A stretch of 64,000 nucleotides of DNA, from assembly GCA_965644295.1 (NCBI GenBank), contig CBFFRP010000355.1:1-64000 (forward strand), read 5' to 3'. The number at the start of each line of letters is the position of its first letter. Position 1 is the first letter of the stretch. Origin of the DNA: Paraphysomonas bandaiensis (lineage: Eukaryota; Protista; Chrysophyceae). Below the pieces are notes generated by a model that was not told the origin of the DNA, did not search any database, and saw only the letters and a list, made by a program, of their open reading frames with translations. A program made the translations under genes and the position numbers. Shown piece by piece: positions 35,626 to 47,636 of the stretch.

Positions 35626-36280
35626 ACATAACCATGTATTATACAACTTATACCTCGCCCTTGTGGATGCAGCTTGATGCAATCCAGCCCATATGAGGAC
35701 ATTCGGATTGAACATATACTTCCAGGTTTGATTAAAGGCCTTCTGAATGTACCCTGAGAAAAATCCAACTTTGATAGAAGCTGCATTCACAGGTACTCGG
35801 TTACGCTTCAATGGCTTGCCAAGAACAAGGTTGTCCCAATGGTTGAACCCATCAAAGTGGGTTACAATGTGACGGGTGTCAATATTGGCATAACCCAAAA
35901 GTGTGGGAAGTACATCAGAAACATGTATCAAATCCTTGCGGTGTGATACTAGGGAATAAGGGCTATTCACGCCGTGACCATACCTAATACAAATTGTAGT
36001 TAAATATTGTTCACAGTCTTGAACAATCAGGGAAAGTAACAATACTCACATGAATGCCGGGACATGAATGCCACCCTATGAATTTAGAACAGAGTTAATA
36101 TAACTTCTCACATACCACTAATTAGATAAAGCAGATAACATATCTAGCCGTACACCGGAAAATATCAACATATTACAACGCTGAACTCACCTCATACATA
36201 GACCCTTTACCCTCTCTGTAGGGTTTGTTGTTAGAGCCCGCCTGGATTAGTCCCCCGTTGTCAGAAAAGTAAAGAATCAG
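35626..36280 (-). pseudogene. 655-bp direct copy of arylsulfatase segment 30597-31251, introns included
   Basis: Constant offset of 5029 at both ends; no differences seen. Confidence 0.93.
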
Positions 36281-36299
36281 CATAAGCACTTCACCATCT

Positions 36300-37152
36300 A
36301 TCATATTGGACTCCCCTCCAGATGAGACATCATCATCTTCATATTAGCACCATTCCGCCGATGAACTCTGTCTCTGTCTCTGTTCATGTGTATGTTCAGC
36401 ACTCTCTGCTCGTTATCTATGAACAGCTGCACTGCTCTGCTGCTCTGCTCAGTGTACAAGGCAGTTTTAGTAGAAAATACATTTCAGCCTATCAATCTCT
36501 ATTTCGACCATATCATTGGCCAATATTTACAAGCTGGTATTTCGCTGTAGTCTTTTGGAGTACTACTCCCAACTCACTCCTAGACCTATCCACCAGCGTT
36601 TGAAGCATATGATTGGACAAAACCTCCTTATTCGGATCATCGTCTGGTAGTCGCCTCCATGTATCGGCTGGCACCCTCCAATACATCTGCGTCATGTTCA
36701 CATGCCTCCCAAATCGTTACAACACACGTGTCGTTTCACTTGTCAAACTTCAGCACCTTGCTGTCCTCCTCCGCCTCATCAGAACTACCATCCGCTACCA
36801 TGTTAGCTTTGGACATTTCACTGAAGTTAACTTTGCTCTACGCGTAAACCGTAACCTTGCTGTTGAACACAATGCACTTTCAAGTAAGAAATTATGATTA
36901 TTATTCTGAACACTTCACTACATATTCGTGTAACATATGTTGAAACATCTGTTCTTATAGCAACATCTGTTTATCATATGTTCATCAGTCAGTTCTATAT
37001 CTTGTATAGTCACACATCAGTAACTGAATTTAATTCCTTTGTAACTACTATAATCACCCGTTACACCTATGAGTTGACTTTACCTATAATTGCACACTGT
37101 TAACTCACTTCAATTGCACAATATATATCACATCATATTGCAGAACTCAACA
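36300..37152 (-). mobile_element. Truncated copia family 3: LTR 37152-36801, PBS 36800-36793, degenerate gag start
   Basis: TGTTGAG…CTAACA followed by TGGTAGCG; MSKANMVADGSSDEAEEDSKVLKFD parallels VPQFN/VPWFD in the other Gags. Confidence 0.75.
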
Positions 37153-37649
37153 GATTGTATAAGATCTGAGCTGATATTATTGATTGGTAGTAGAAAAAAA
37201 TAAATGTAGTGAATATCAATAAATGGGGTGAAATATGTAGATTATAGTTATACTACGAACTTGATTATTGAGTGAGTTCGCCGTTCAGTGTTTACTCATC
37301 CAAACCCCCTCTCCAACAACTTGATTTCCTACCCAAAGCAGACCCTGACTAAACCCAACACTAGCAATGCACAAGAGGAATACTCATATGTTAACAGCAG
37401 AGATAATACTACTTAATATATGTCACCATGCGTCAACTTGCACGTAGATTATTAGCTAGACATTAATTATTAGCACGTATAAATTTTATAATAGCCCTAC
37501 TATCAGGTATTCCATATACCCATCCAAAATGTCAATCGTTTAAATAGAGCGACATGTTAATTATATGTCTTCTCTCCAATCATTTACTTGCTGAACACAA
37601 ATATCATCATATTATATGTATATTATATACTAAACGTATGTAATGAACT

Positions 37650-37890
37650 TGCAAGACCGACCAAGCAGATATTCAGAACAACTATCGTTGTAGAGCGTTT
37701 GTTCAGAAGAGCCAAAGTTTTCATGACACACTTGCTACAAGGAATGACCCAACGACGCGTCGAACTGCTGCTCTTCCTTCGCTTCAACAAGCACTTGTGG
37801 ACCGCAAAGACAGTGCAACATGTCATTGATGATGGGCCGTCTCATCATGAGGACGGCAGTGACAAAGATTTGGAATACTTAGAGTACTAG
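37650..37890 (+). pseudogene. hAT-like transposase C-terminal (dimerisation) remnant
   Basis: VERLFRRAKVFMT…ELLLFLRFNKHLW matches the ERLFS…LFL…N…LW pattern. Confidence 0.7.
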
Positions 37891-38134
37891 TTGCTGCATT
37901 GTTACTTGGTTTTCATCACCACGTTGTTGTAACCTCCACTAACTACTAACTAGTTACTACCGATCGAGCTAGTTTGTCTTCTTAGCGCCCAATATATATC
38001 AATATATTGCAACACATTTATTACTTATTATTGTTTGATTACATCAGTTTGATTATCATGTACGTTACGCATACTGAATGTACTTCTTAAACATTGTCTG
38101 TAAAAAATAAACAACTGTATACAAGATATATTCC

Positions 38135-41072
38135 CTAATATAATTGGGCATCTGACGTGTGCGCTGAACTTTCAAGGAAATCACCAACCGCAACCCTAAG
38201 ACTCCTGATATCGTCAGGGTTGGCTCCTATTGGACGAACGGATTCGTTAGAGAGCCGAACAACCTCCATTAGCCATGCCTACATTATATTGTGCACATCA
38301 TACACACCATATATACGGTCATAGAGAATGTACCTTTAGTTGCTTTTGTCGAGCCGAAACAACACTGGCATCAAAGGGTTTTATCCACGAGTCACGTCGT
38401 TTTTGTGGAAAGGGAGAGTCTATAAAAAACTACTTGTTAACAGGAAACAGGAAACAGATACATAGATATACACACTGCACCTATATCGAGAGACGTTAGT
38501 TGAAGGATTTTCTCATATAATTCCCGAAAAGCAGTATATCTTCGGTGAACTACCCATTCAATATTTCCAAGAGCTCTCACCACAATTTTGTATAACGTAA
38601 TACCATCGTCGTTTATAGCATCATTCAATATTGCTTCATACACAAGGAATTGAGCTTCAACAAACTTCGCATTTATACTCCTACGAGATTTCCTTGCTGA
38701 AGAAGTAGATAACGTAGTTATATGAGATTCCAAATCATTAATTTTCTCGTTCATTTTAAAAAGCTCAGATTCTGCTAGAACACGAGCAGAGCGTTCATTA
38801 CATAACTCCGACAAAACATTTCCTGAGCTGGAGCCAACCACTGCCTCCAGAGTAGTAATAATATCTTCCTTCGCTAAAAGCTGCTGCTTCAGCCCATCCA
38901 ACTCATCAATATAATGAGATCTCTCACATGAAACAGTATCTCTATCCTCAGTTAAACTAGTAATCAGATCTTCCTTCTCTAAAAGCTGCTGCTTCAGCCC
39001 ATCCAACTCATCAATATAACGAGATCTCTCACACGAAACAGTATCTCTATCCTCAGTTAAACTAGTAATCAGATCTTCCTTCTCTAAAAGCTGCTGCTTT
39101 AGCCCATCCAACTCATCAATATAATGAGATCTCTCACATGAAACAGTATCTCTATCCTCAGTTAAACTAGTAATCAGATCTTCCTTCTCTAAAAGCTGCT
39201 GCTTCAGCCCATCCAACTCATCAATATAATGAGATCTCTCACATGAAACAGTATCTCTATCCTCAGTTAAACTAGTAATCAGATCTTCCTTCTCTAAAAG
39301 CTGCTGCTTCAGCCCATCCAACTCATCAATATAACGAGATCTCTCACATGAAACAGTATCTCTATCCTCAGTTAAACTAGTAATCAGATCTTCCTTCTCT
39401 AAAAGCTGCTGCTTCAGCCCATCCAACTCATCAATATAACGAGATCTCTCACATGAAACAGTATCTCTATCCTCAGTTAAACTAGTAATCAGATCTTCCT
39501 TCTCTAAAAGCTGCTGCTTTAGCCCATCCAACTCATCAATATAATGAGATCTCTCACATGAAACAGTATCTCTATCCTCAGTTAAACTAGTAATCATATC
39601 TTCCTTCTCTAAAAGCTGCTGCTTCAGCCCATCCAACTCATCAATATAACGAGATCTCTCACATGAAACAGTATCTCTATCCTCAGTTAAGCTAGTAATC
39701 AGATCTTCCTTCTCTAAAAGCTGCTGCTTCAGCCCATCCAACTCATCAATATAATGAGATCTCTCACATGAAACAGTATCTCTATCCTCAGTTAAACTAG
39801 TAATCAGATCTTCCTTCTCTAAAAGCTGCTGCTTTAGCCCATCCAACTCATCAATATAACGAGATCTCTCACATGAAACAGTATCTCTATCCTCAGTTAA
39901 ACTAGTAATCAGATCTTCCTTCTCTAAAAGCTGCTGCTTCAGCCCATCCAACTCATTGACATAGCGAGATAATTCTGATTCTAATTCTGCGTTTTTTGTG
40001 GCAAAAGTTCGTGCTCTCTCACTTTCACTTTTGAGATTTTCGTTGAGATGAGTTGTATTCTTTTCAAGTATGACGAATCTCTGTTTTTCAAGTTTTAAAG
40101 CATCAATCAGTGCAATATTTTCTTTAGCCGTTGAGTCCGCTAATTCCTTTATTTGCTCCAGTTCTTCGACCGTGCCATCTTCTGTGGATCCAATCGCAGT
40201 GTCTGTGGGAGATTCTGGGCTTGTCTGTCAATAGTACAAGTGTTGTTACGCGTTATTACGGAAGGTACATATATATACGCACCAGGTGAAAATCACTTCG
40301 CCTCTTATAAGATTCTGGTGTTCGCGCACCTTCCAGTGCATCTGAACTGTGCACTGAGACCACGTCATCCTTTCTCACACACTGCAGCTAATAGCAATGA
40401 ACACTCGATGGGTTAATATACATACAGTCAATCGACTCGCAGATGTTACATTAGCATATAAGCTGCAATACAAGATCAATACCTTTGTAGCAGATATCTC
40501 ATTTCTAATAGACACATGAATGACTGCGCCGGGTACAGGTTCCAGCGGCAGTGAGATATTCATTGAACAAGTCGGCGACACCATAATAGCAGCAAGATTA
40601 ACTTTTATAGAGCCAATAATTCTATACTTCATTCCAGAATCGTTGCTTTTTTGATTTCTTTGTAGCGTTAGCTTGACGAACTTTTCCTACAGAGGAATTG
40701 TCAACATAGCACCACCAAGGCCTGAACACCTACCAAATAGCGCCCGCTCGGATCTCTGTACATTGTTACAGGTAAAACGATAGTTTCATTGAAGTCAACC
40801 ACTGACGATCCATCTGTCAGTGTGTTTTGAGCTTTTAGTGATGTCTTAACGACTCTTCCTCCCTTTTCAACTGAAGCAAACACATCTCCTTTCGAGTCGC
40901 TGTGCAATAGCGCCGGTAGGGTTGCTTTATGCACTAATCACGACACAATAGACGTCTGTTAAGCGGATTATAAGAGAAATACCACATACTGACCTTCAAC
41001 GTAAAACTCCGTCTTTACGGCAGTTGTTTTGAGGCGTTGAGCACGTTTTCTTGGTGAGGTAACCCGAAGCAT
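38135..41072 (-). CDS. NT-C2 domain + long tandem coiled coil + PX domain protein, multi-exon
   Basis: N-term VFASVEKGGR…VDFNETIVLPVTMYRD…IGSIKVNLA (NT-C2); C-term TLYKIVV…WVVHRRYTAFRELYEKI (PX). Confidence 0.82.
38863..39970 (-). repeat. Coding minisatellite: 105 bp (35 aa) x ~10.5
   Basis: LDGLKQQLLEKEDLITSLTEDRDTVSCERS(R/H)YIDE repeated, nearly identical at DNA level. Confidence 0.97.
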
Positions 41073-41673
41073 ATTCACTCCTGGACTAGTTCAGAGGGAG
41101 GCTATAAAGCACTTACACTGATAGCATATACAAGGCTGCTATGTATTATACAAATGACCGAGTCAGCTATCGCAGCATATGCAGCAGTTTATACCACACT
41201 ATCCCACTGGTGTGTATGTCTGATGTTGGAACGACGAACCTTCACCACAATTAAATTCACATACTCCAACTTCGTGCAAGACTACAGCTCCTGTATACAT
41301 TATGGAATACCATACTTTACCTACCCAGGCAGGCAGAGTGCGATATATTCGTCCACATCCTGACACTTTTTTGTCCCATGTCTAGATGTGGGAGCAGAAG
41401 TATGTATACACCCACCATGTACAGCAGTGTACACTTCTGTACTTCGTACACTCACAGCAATACTGTATGTATATATGCGTATGGTACCTCGCAGCTGTAT
41501 CATTGTCTTCAGTTTAGTTTGTACCACATGGACATGCAGTCGCATCATATGGTCGCATCATATGGTCGCATCATATGGTAATACATTCTCAATTAGTTTC
41601 TCGAAGGCTTACATGGAAATGATGTGTATAATTCATTTATTTTGCCTCATTCATTCAGATTTGAGTGGTGGAT

Positions 41674-43032
41674 ATGCTTGCAAAGTACTCAGACATAGCG
41701 CACTGCTCTAAAGGATTCGAGTGTTTCCAGGATGTAGTGTTCTTACATACTCCTAGAGTTGCTACTGGAGAAGCGTTAGCCGCTCTCAATCAAGACGCTC
41801 ATTACGTGAGAAAGGCTAGTGCTAAACGATTATATTTTCCAGCGAGAGCGATATGTCTGCTGCAGCCACATCGAGGCAAAGTGGTACTTCCCAGTGGAAA
41901 TAAAGACTTGGAGATGATGTGGTCATTTATGGCAAAGGAGCTCGGTCTTGATGAGAATGACCAAGTCATATGGTTTTCCACGAATGGGGACGGATCACTG
42001 GAGTCTGATCTATATCGAGATGTTAATGCCATGTCGAAGTTAGTAAACTCCAATCTGCCTGTTATTCCTCATGGTGTCCGACCCGAGTACGAGAGCTGGA
42101 CACAAGAGTGTGGACTCCGATTTCTATGCGATACTGCGGAGTGGAAGAGTGAGTTTGGATTCAAGAGCATATTTCATTCCATTCCAGACAAAAATGCGGT
42201 GTCCACTATTGATCGAGTTCTTCCTGACGTTCCTCGTGCACGTGGTTATCTCTGCCGGAACCCAGATGAGCTCATCATGGCTGCCCATTATCTAAAAGAA
42301 GAAGGAATTGTGGAAGTTGTAATCAAGCCTGTTACCGGGTCGGATGGAGACGGAATTGAGTTCTGCACTATATGGGATGACTTCTCGCAATACAAATTCG
42401 TAATGGGTGATGTACTCCTGGAAGAAAAACTCAATGTCGACTTGAATCCGGATGGAACTGTGCTAAGTGTGGTGACTCACTTCTATGGTGAAAAACTTTT
42501 TGGAAAATGTTGTGATCAACTTATCGGAGATGTGGCGAATTTTATGGGCACGGTTTGTCCTTCCAATGCCCCTGGAGACCTTTGCGCGCAGTGTGAAGAG
42601 ATCGCCCTTGACATTATTGGAGCGATTCACCCCCAGGGCCCTGGAGGCTTTGACTTCCTCTTTGTTGGTGGTAAGCCTTTTGTCGTCGACAACAACAGCG
42701 GCAGATTTAATGCGGGGCAGTACCCGAAGGCATTCCATATGCAGTATGCATCTCCAGAAACAGCATTCATTTCTTTCAAACATACCCCACAGGTTTCATT
42801 GAGTCAAATGTGGGACAGCTTACAGGAAGAGCGCATGCAATTTCGTCCAATCTGCCCTCGTAGTTCGACCGTTATGGACTATGGTGACGATAATTCATTA
42901 TATTCTGCTGGGTCATACGGTGTGTTTCCTTTGGTCCATCTGCCGCAAGTGTACGGTGTGTATATCGTCATCGCTAGCACTTTCGAAGAGTGTATGTCAC
43001 TGAAACAGAAATTTCTTGAATTTAATTTTTGA
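41674..43032 (+). CDS. ATP-grasp domain protein (ligase-like), intronless
   Basis: VVIKPVTGSDGDGI, VLLEEKL, GPGGFDFL…FVVDNNSGRF. Confidence 0.8.
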   Translation: MLAKYSDIAHCSKGFECFQDVVFLHTPRVATGEALAALNQDAHYVRKASAKRLYFPARAICLLQPHRGKVVLPSGNKDLEMMWSFMAKELGLDENDQVIWFSTNGDGSLESDLYRDVNAMSKLVNSNLPVIPHGVRPEYESWTQECGLRFLCDTAEWKSEFGFKSIFHSIPDKNAVSTIDRVLPDVPRARGYLCRNPDELIMAAHYLKEEGIVEVVIKPVTGSDGDGIEFCTIWDDFSQYKFVMGDVLLEEKLNVDLNPDGTVLSVVTHFYGEKLFGKCCDQLIGDVANFMGTVCPSNAPGDLCAQCEEIALDIIGAIHPQGPGGFDFLFVGGKPFVVDNNSGRFNAGQYPKAFHMQYASPETAFISFKHTPQVSLSQMWDSLQEERMQFRPICPRSSTVMDYGDDNSLYSAGSYGVFPLVHLPQVYGVYIVIASTFEECMSLKQKFLEFNF

Positions 43033-43624
43033 AGGCATGGTGCTATATGGAGTGTTTTAGACGGAATGAACATCATATGTCAAGAATTTTATATCTATAT
43101 ATATTTTCTGCGTACAACCCTTGATACAGAGTATACATTTTTGGGTTCACTGCATTATTCCAAAAGTTTGTGTTAGTTGCTTTTTGCGTTATTTAATCAC
43201 CGTTATATTATCAATGAAGACGCTACTACTTCTCTTTTTTACGTTGGTATATTTTGATAATATATGCTACTTTGAAATTGTAATGGGCTACCTCACGCCT
43301 CAAGTTAACAATTGTGAAGTATGATTTGGATGGCAACAATCAAGTCTATTACACATGAGTATTCAGCTCAGAATTGTACACTTGTTGTAGTGGCTAATGG
43401 CATATTGTGAAGTGATCACAGCCTACTATCTACTATACCATCGACTAAATTAGTCTGCCTCTCAGTTTTAGGAATGAGCATTGCTGAAGTCCAAGAGTAA
43501 GTTTGAACCTTTAACTAGCTATATGTATTTTGTGCTGCTTATGATTTATGTATAACGCATAGTAACTGATATACACTCTCCAATATACCTCCTTGCTTAT
43601 CAGTATCAAATTGAAGCAGGTACT

Positions 43625-43663
43625 CGCTGTCAATAATTGACAATTAATTGTTACACAGCCCTG
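43625..43663 (+). mobile_element. Orphan right end of a hAT-like element
   Basis: caattaattgttacacagccctg is nearly identical to 50260-50282. Confidence 0.55.
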
Positions 43664-43858
43664 CGACTAATACAGGTATTCACGTTGCACATTTTAATCA
43701 GGTAAATTCTTCTGTTGATAGAATAGAATAACAACAACAAAGTGTTCAAAGTTCAAACTAAACATATAAACTCAATTCTCCACCATGTATACATAAAGTT
43801 ACAAAATCTAGTGCAAATTATTAACAACCAAACTATATTCTAACCACCTTAACCTTCA

Positions 43859-44884
43859 TTACTGGGGAAATGCATGAATATTTTTATAATCCCAAGGAAC
43901 TCGTTTAGGCGGAAATCTTCCCATCTGATAGTCGTTTCTTACTTTCCGCATCTCGGCTTCAGTGTTCGTAACGAATGGACCTCTCCATGTAATCGGCTCG
44001 TTAAGCCTCTTTCCTGCGAATAACATCGCCCTCATTCCTTCAACCCCGGCCTGCAATCGAACACCACGTTTTTCAGTGGAGCTGGCGTCTAACTGCACAA
44101 TTCCTTGATATGGGACCGTCACGTCGCATATATCTCCGTTGCCTTTCCAAACATATACCAAACAATTGTCGGCATAATCAGGAATAGTGTGGCTATGTAT
44201 GGTGTTCGGTTGCAATATAAAATCAATAATCGAAACTTGGGCAGAAGAATTGAAAGGGCCAGTAACCATTCTTTGCATTGCGTCAACAGTTCCAGCTAGT
44301 ACTCGAGCTTCGCCGCCTGGAAAATCATGAACAGGGATATTTTCCGGTGGTTCTATTCCATATCGGGGATCTTCATTCTTCTTGTGCGATGGTACGTTTA
44401 TCCAAATCTGGAAGCCCATCACTGTTTCTCCAAAAGGAGTTCCACCACCTTCTGCATGCTCGACACCACTACCGACACTGATCCACTGCATCCCTGGCGA
44501 CTTAAATTCTCCCCTATTTCCGAGGGAATCACCGTGTCGACCAGTACCTGATATCAAGTATGACATGATATCCATTCCTTTATGGGGGTGCCAATTGATA
44601 GGAAACTCATCAGGATCTTCAGCTTTTCCTCGAGAAGGATACTCATATTGATCGCACATGAGAAATGGGTCTGTTTCTTGCGCTGGTATGCCCAGTGGAA
44701 ACGGCTGCATTACAGAGAAGCTAGGATCTCCTGTAGGGAATGTTTTCCTGGCGAGCTGAAGCTGTGAGTGGTGCATGTATTGTACGGGTTCAGAGAGTGT
44801 CGGAGACTCACACTCTTCACTTATATGAACTGAATACAGAGATCGCAGCAGCAGTATAAGAATGGGCACACAGTAAACCTTCAT
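43859..44884 (-). CDS. Pirin-family bicupin with N-terminal hydrophobic leader
   Basis: TDPFLMCD, WHPHKGMDIMSY, HGDSLGN, MQWISVGSGVEHAE, GFQIWINVP, EPITWRGPFV. Confidence 0.93.
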   Translation of the reverse strand: MKVYCVPILILLLRSLYSVHISEECESPTLSEPVQYMHHSQLQLARKTFPTGDPSFSVMQPFPLGIPAQETDPFLMCDQYEYPSRGKAEDPDEFPINWHPHKGMDIMSYLISGTGRHGDSLGNRGEFKSPGMQWISVGSGVEHAEGGGTPFGETVMGFQIWINVPSHKKNEDPRYGIEPPENIPVHDFPGGEARVLAGTVDAMQRMVTGPFNSSAQVSIIDFILQPNTIHSHTIPDYADNCLVYVWKGNGDICDVTVPYQGIVQLDASSTEKRGVRLQAGVEGMRAMLFAGKRLNEPITWRGPFVTNTEAEMRKVRNDYQMGRFPPKRVPWDYKNIHAFPQ

Positions 44885-45188
44885 ATTTAGAGTAGACGAT
44901 CATAATGTTTAAAGTAACACATGCTCATATATATCGCTCGTGTACTGCTGCACCACAGTTGATGTACCATTGTACAAGTACTCCGGTACTAATAATACAG
45001 TACACCCTCTGTGTACATATATTTCAAGTCAACAGCTATATGCGACACGGCACCACCATAAGACACACCGCACCGCACCGCACAATACTTAAGTCTAACA
45101 TTAGTGGCTACAGTGTTTTAACGGGTGCGGATATCCCAAGTCTGTGGATTACTCGTGGTTTGGCTTGTACCACTCTGTTTCGACTGCC

Positions 45189-47081
45189 ATGGACACCCCT
45201 ATGAGTGAAGAGAAGCGCCCGATTCTGCTTAATTTAGATTATGGTAACACTAAGACAGAAGTGTATTCTGTTCTTGCAAATAGAGGCCAAAACAGAAGTC
45301 AGCTGAAGTCATCTGCATCGAGCACTATTGAAGATAAACTTCAATCAAGTAGAATTATCGATAGGCGCAGTGCGTTTCATCAGAGCAGAGGAAAAATGAA
45401 TATACGGAAATTAATTCGACAGCGAGATTTGACTCTATTATATGCTGATGATTTGTTTCATACTCTTGTTGACGCACCCACTGTCAGAATGGTTTCTCTT
45501 CTATTAGCAGGATACATATCCATTATCACACTTTTTGCGATTGTGTACTTTTTCATCAGTGAGGTATTCCACTGTAACCTCGAAATATCGAATTTTGTTG
45601 AAGCCTACTTTTTTTCAATAGAAGTTATGGCAACAATAGGATTCGGCACGAGTGACATCTTTTTTGATGACTGTATTGGGGTTGCTGTTGTGTTAAGCTG
45701 TCAGATATGCACTAAAATAATAACAGATGCTCTTATCATCGGTGTAATATATTGTCGTGTCTCTCGTCCGAATAAGAGAGCATCTACAGTTGTGTTTAGT
45801 CGAAATGCCGTGATGAAAAGAATACGTGGAAGGCTATACTTCACTTTTCGCGTTTGCGAACTCAGGAAGCATCAGCTAGTCGAGGCTCATATTCGTTGTT
45901 ATGCTATTCGACATGAGCGAGATTGTGATTCTGGCGAAGTGACACCTTTCTGCAGCAGGTCCATGAGACTAAACCATCCCAATGATGAGCTTGGAGGTAT
46001 GCTCTTGATGTGTCTGCCTCAGGAAGTGGTGCATGAGTTAGATGCCTGGTCTCCGTTGATGCCCCCTCCTGAGTGGGGGTCAGCTGCTGGAGTGTACCAC
46101 TGGGATCCACCGGCCATGCAGCACGCTAGGTTACCGCGTTCGGGTGTCACTGGGAAGAATGCGTACGACCCTGACCTGTACACGTCCTACCCTGGAATAG
46201 CAAGACGTTCTGCAGGAGAAGAGCCAGGAGGAGCGTTCAGGTGTCGGTCTCGCGCTCCTGTCCCAGTGAACCTCGGCCATACAATGGAGGGGTCGTCCGC
46301 AGCTTCAACCCCTCCCCCACTGCAAAGACAAAACACATACAGGAGTAGACGCAAGCGAGCTACAGCTTTGTCACAACCTAAGGCTAGAGAGGCTGATAGT
46401 GGCGCAAGTTATTTTGAAATACTTCGGGCGCTGAGCTCTGCTAACCCTTCTCCGGACCCTTTTGAAGAGGAACCACTTCTTCATCATACACAGTATCGTC
46501 CAACAAGTGCAGACCTACGTAACTCAAGAACCACAAGCGGCGGAAACAAACCATTTCGCACAACATCCCCGATGGCGTCTGGCAGGCGTCCGTTTGCTGG
46601 CGCTGACACGAGTTCATCTCATGAAGACGGTGCGGGAGAAGAGCCATGGGAGAGAGAGGAAAAGGAAATGGTGTCCAGATTCATGGATGATCGATCGATT
46701 GAGGTTGTTGTCTTGGTGGAGGGTCAGGACTCGGCCACAGGTGGGGTAGTTCAAGCTCGACACTCGTACAAAATGAACGAAGTGGAGTGGTATACCTCCT
46801 TCATGCCTTGCGTCACTCAAGATGAGAACGATGGGGCGGCGATAATCGACTACTGTCTGTTTCACGAGACTGAGGCCAGTGTCGCGGCGTTTTATGCCAA
46901 ACATGAACAGGAGGTTGAGGTCGATGAGGAGACAGGTGGAATGAGAAGTTATAACTCTTTTGACGGTGCTGTATCTGTCAGCACCTTACCGCTGCAGTCT
47001 GGCATAGAAGAGAATGATACTGTGGTATCAAAGGCAGGCCGTGTGTTCAATTGGCTATATAGAAGTAGCACTGCTGGATAA
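45189..47081 (+). CDS. Inward-rectifier potassium channel (Kir), intronless
   Basis: DLFHTLVD, AYFFSIEVMATIGFG filter, SRPNKRASTVVFSRNAV, LRKHQLVEAHIR, EVVVLVEG…VQARHSY. Confidence 0.95.
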   Translation: MDTPMSEEKRPILLNLDYGNTKTEVYSVLANRGQNRSQLKSSASSTIEDKLQSSRIIDRRSAFHQSRGKMNIRKLIRQRDLTLLYADDLFHTLVDAPTVRMVSLLLAGYISIITLFAIVYFFISEVFHCNLEISNFVEAYFFSIEVMATIGFGTSDIFFDDCIGVAVVLSCQICTKIITDALIIGVIYCRVSRPNKRASTVVFSRNAVMKRIRGRLYFTFRVCELRKHQLVEAHIRCYAIRHERDCDSGEVTPFCSRSMRLNHPNDELGGMLLMCLPQEVVHELDAWSPLMPPPEWGSAAGVYHWDPPAMQHARLPRSGVTGKNAYDPDLYTSYPGIARRSAGEEPGGAFRCRSRAPVPVNLGHTMEGSSAASTPPPLQRQNTYRSRRKRATALSQPKAREADSGASYFEILRALSSANPSPDPFEEEPLLHHTQYRPTSADLRNSRTTSGGNKPFRTTSPMASGRRPFAGADTSSSHEDGAGEEPWEREEKEMVSRFMDDRSIEVVVLVEGQDSATGGVVQARHSYKMNEVEWYTSFMPCVTQDENDGAAIIDYCLFHETEASVAAFYAKHEQEVEVDEETGGMRSYNSFDGAVSVSTLPLQSGIEENDTVVSKAGRVFNWLYRSSTAG

Positions 47082-47636
47082 CTCAGCGGTGTTTACGTCA
47101 AATGACAAGAAATATGCTTGCGGTTATTTGTGTCGGAACCTGTACGTTAACACTAATTTGCTGGGGAAATTCTACCTACATGTCTTCCAGAATATATACG
47201 GCAATACCTGCCTTATATTCAGCTGTTTATGTGGAGAGCGAGTTCCCAACGCAGTCATATACGTATACAAACGCCTCATATATTACGAATTCTTACTTAC
47301 ACAAGGAGTACATGTGTATTGATATGTTATATTTAGTAGGTTGCCTGTTGCTTTCCATATTTTAAGTTTATTATATTTTTATCGAATTCGAAGGCGTTTA
47401 TGCGACATGGGAATGGCGATGTACCATTGACCTATGTATTTGCGGAGAGAAATATGGTACGAGAGAAGTAGATAGCAGCAAAATTTATAAGAATTCAATT
47501 GTGAAAGAGACTGTTATAATCTTACTATTATTGTTTTGCAGCAGTTCAGGAGGTCAGTCCAATCACACATCTCAGTGCTGTGCAAATGTTCTGTAAATGG
47601 TAATTTTCATTATACATGATCGTGTAGTGACGCGGA

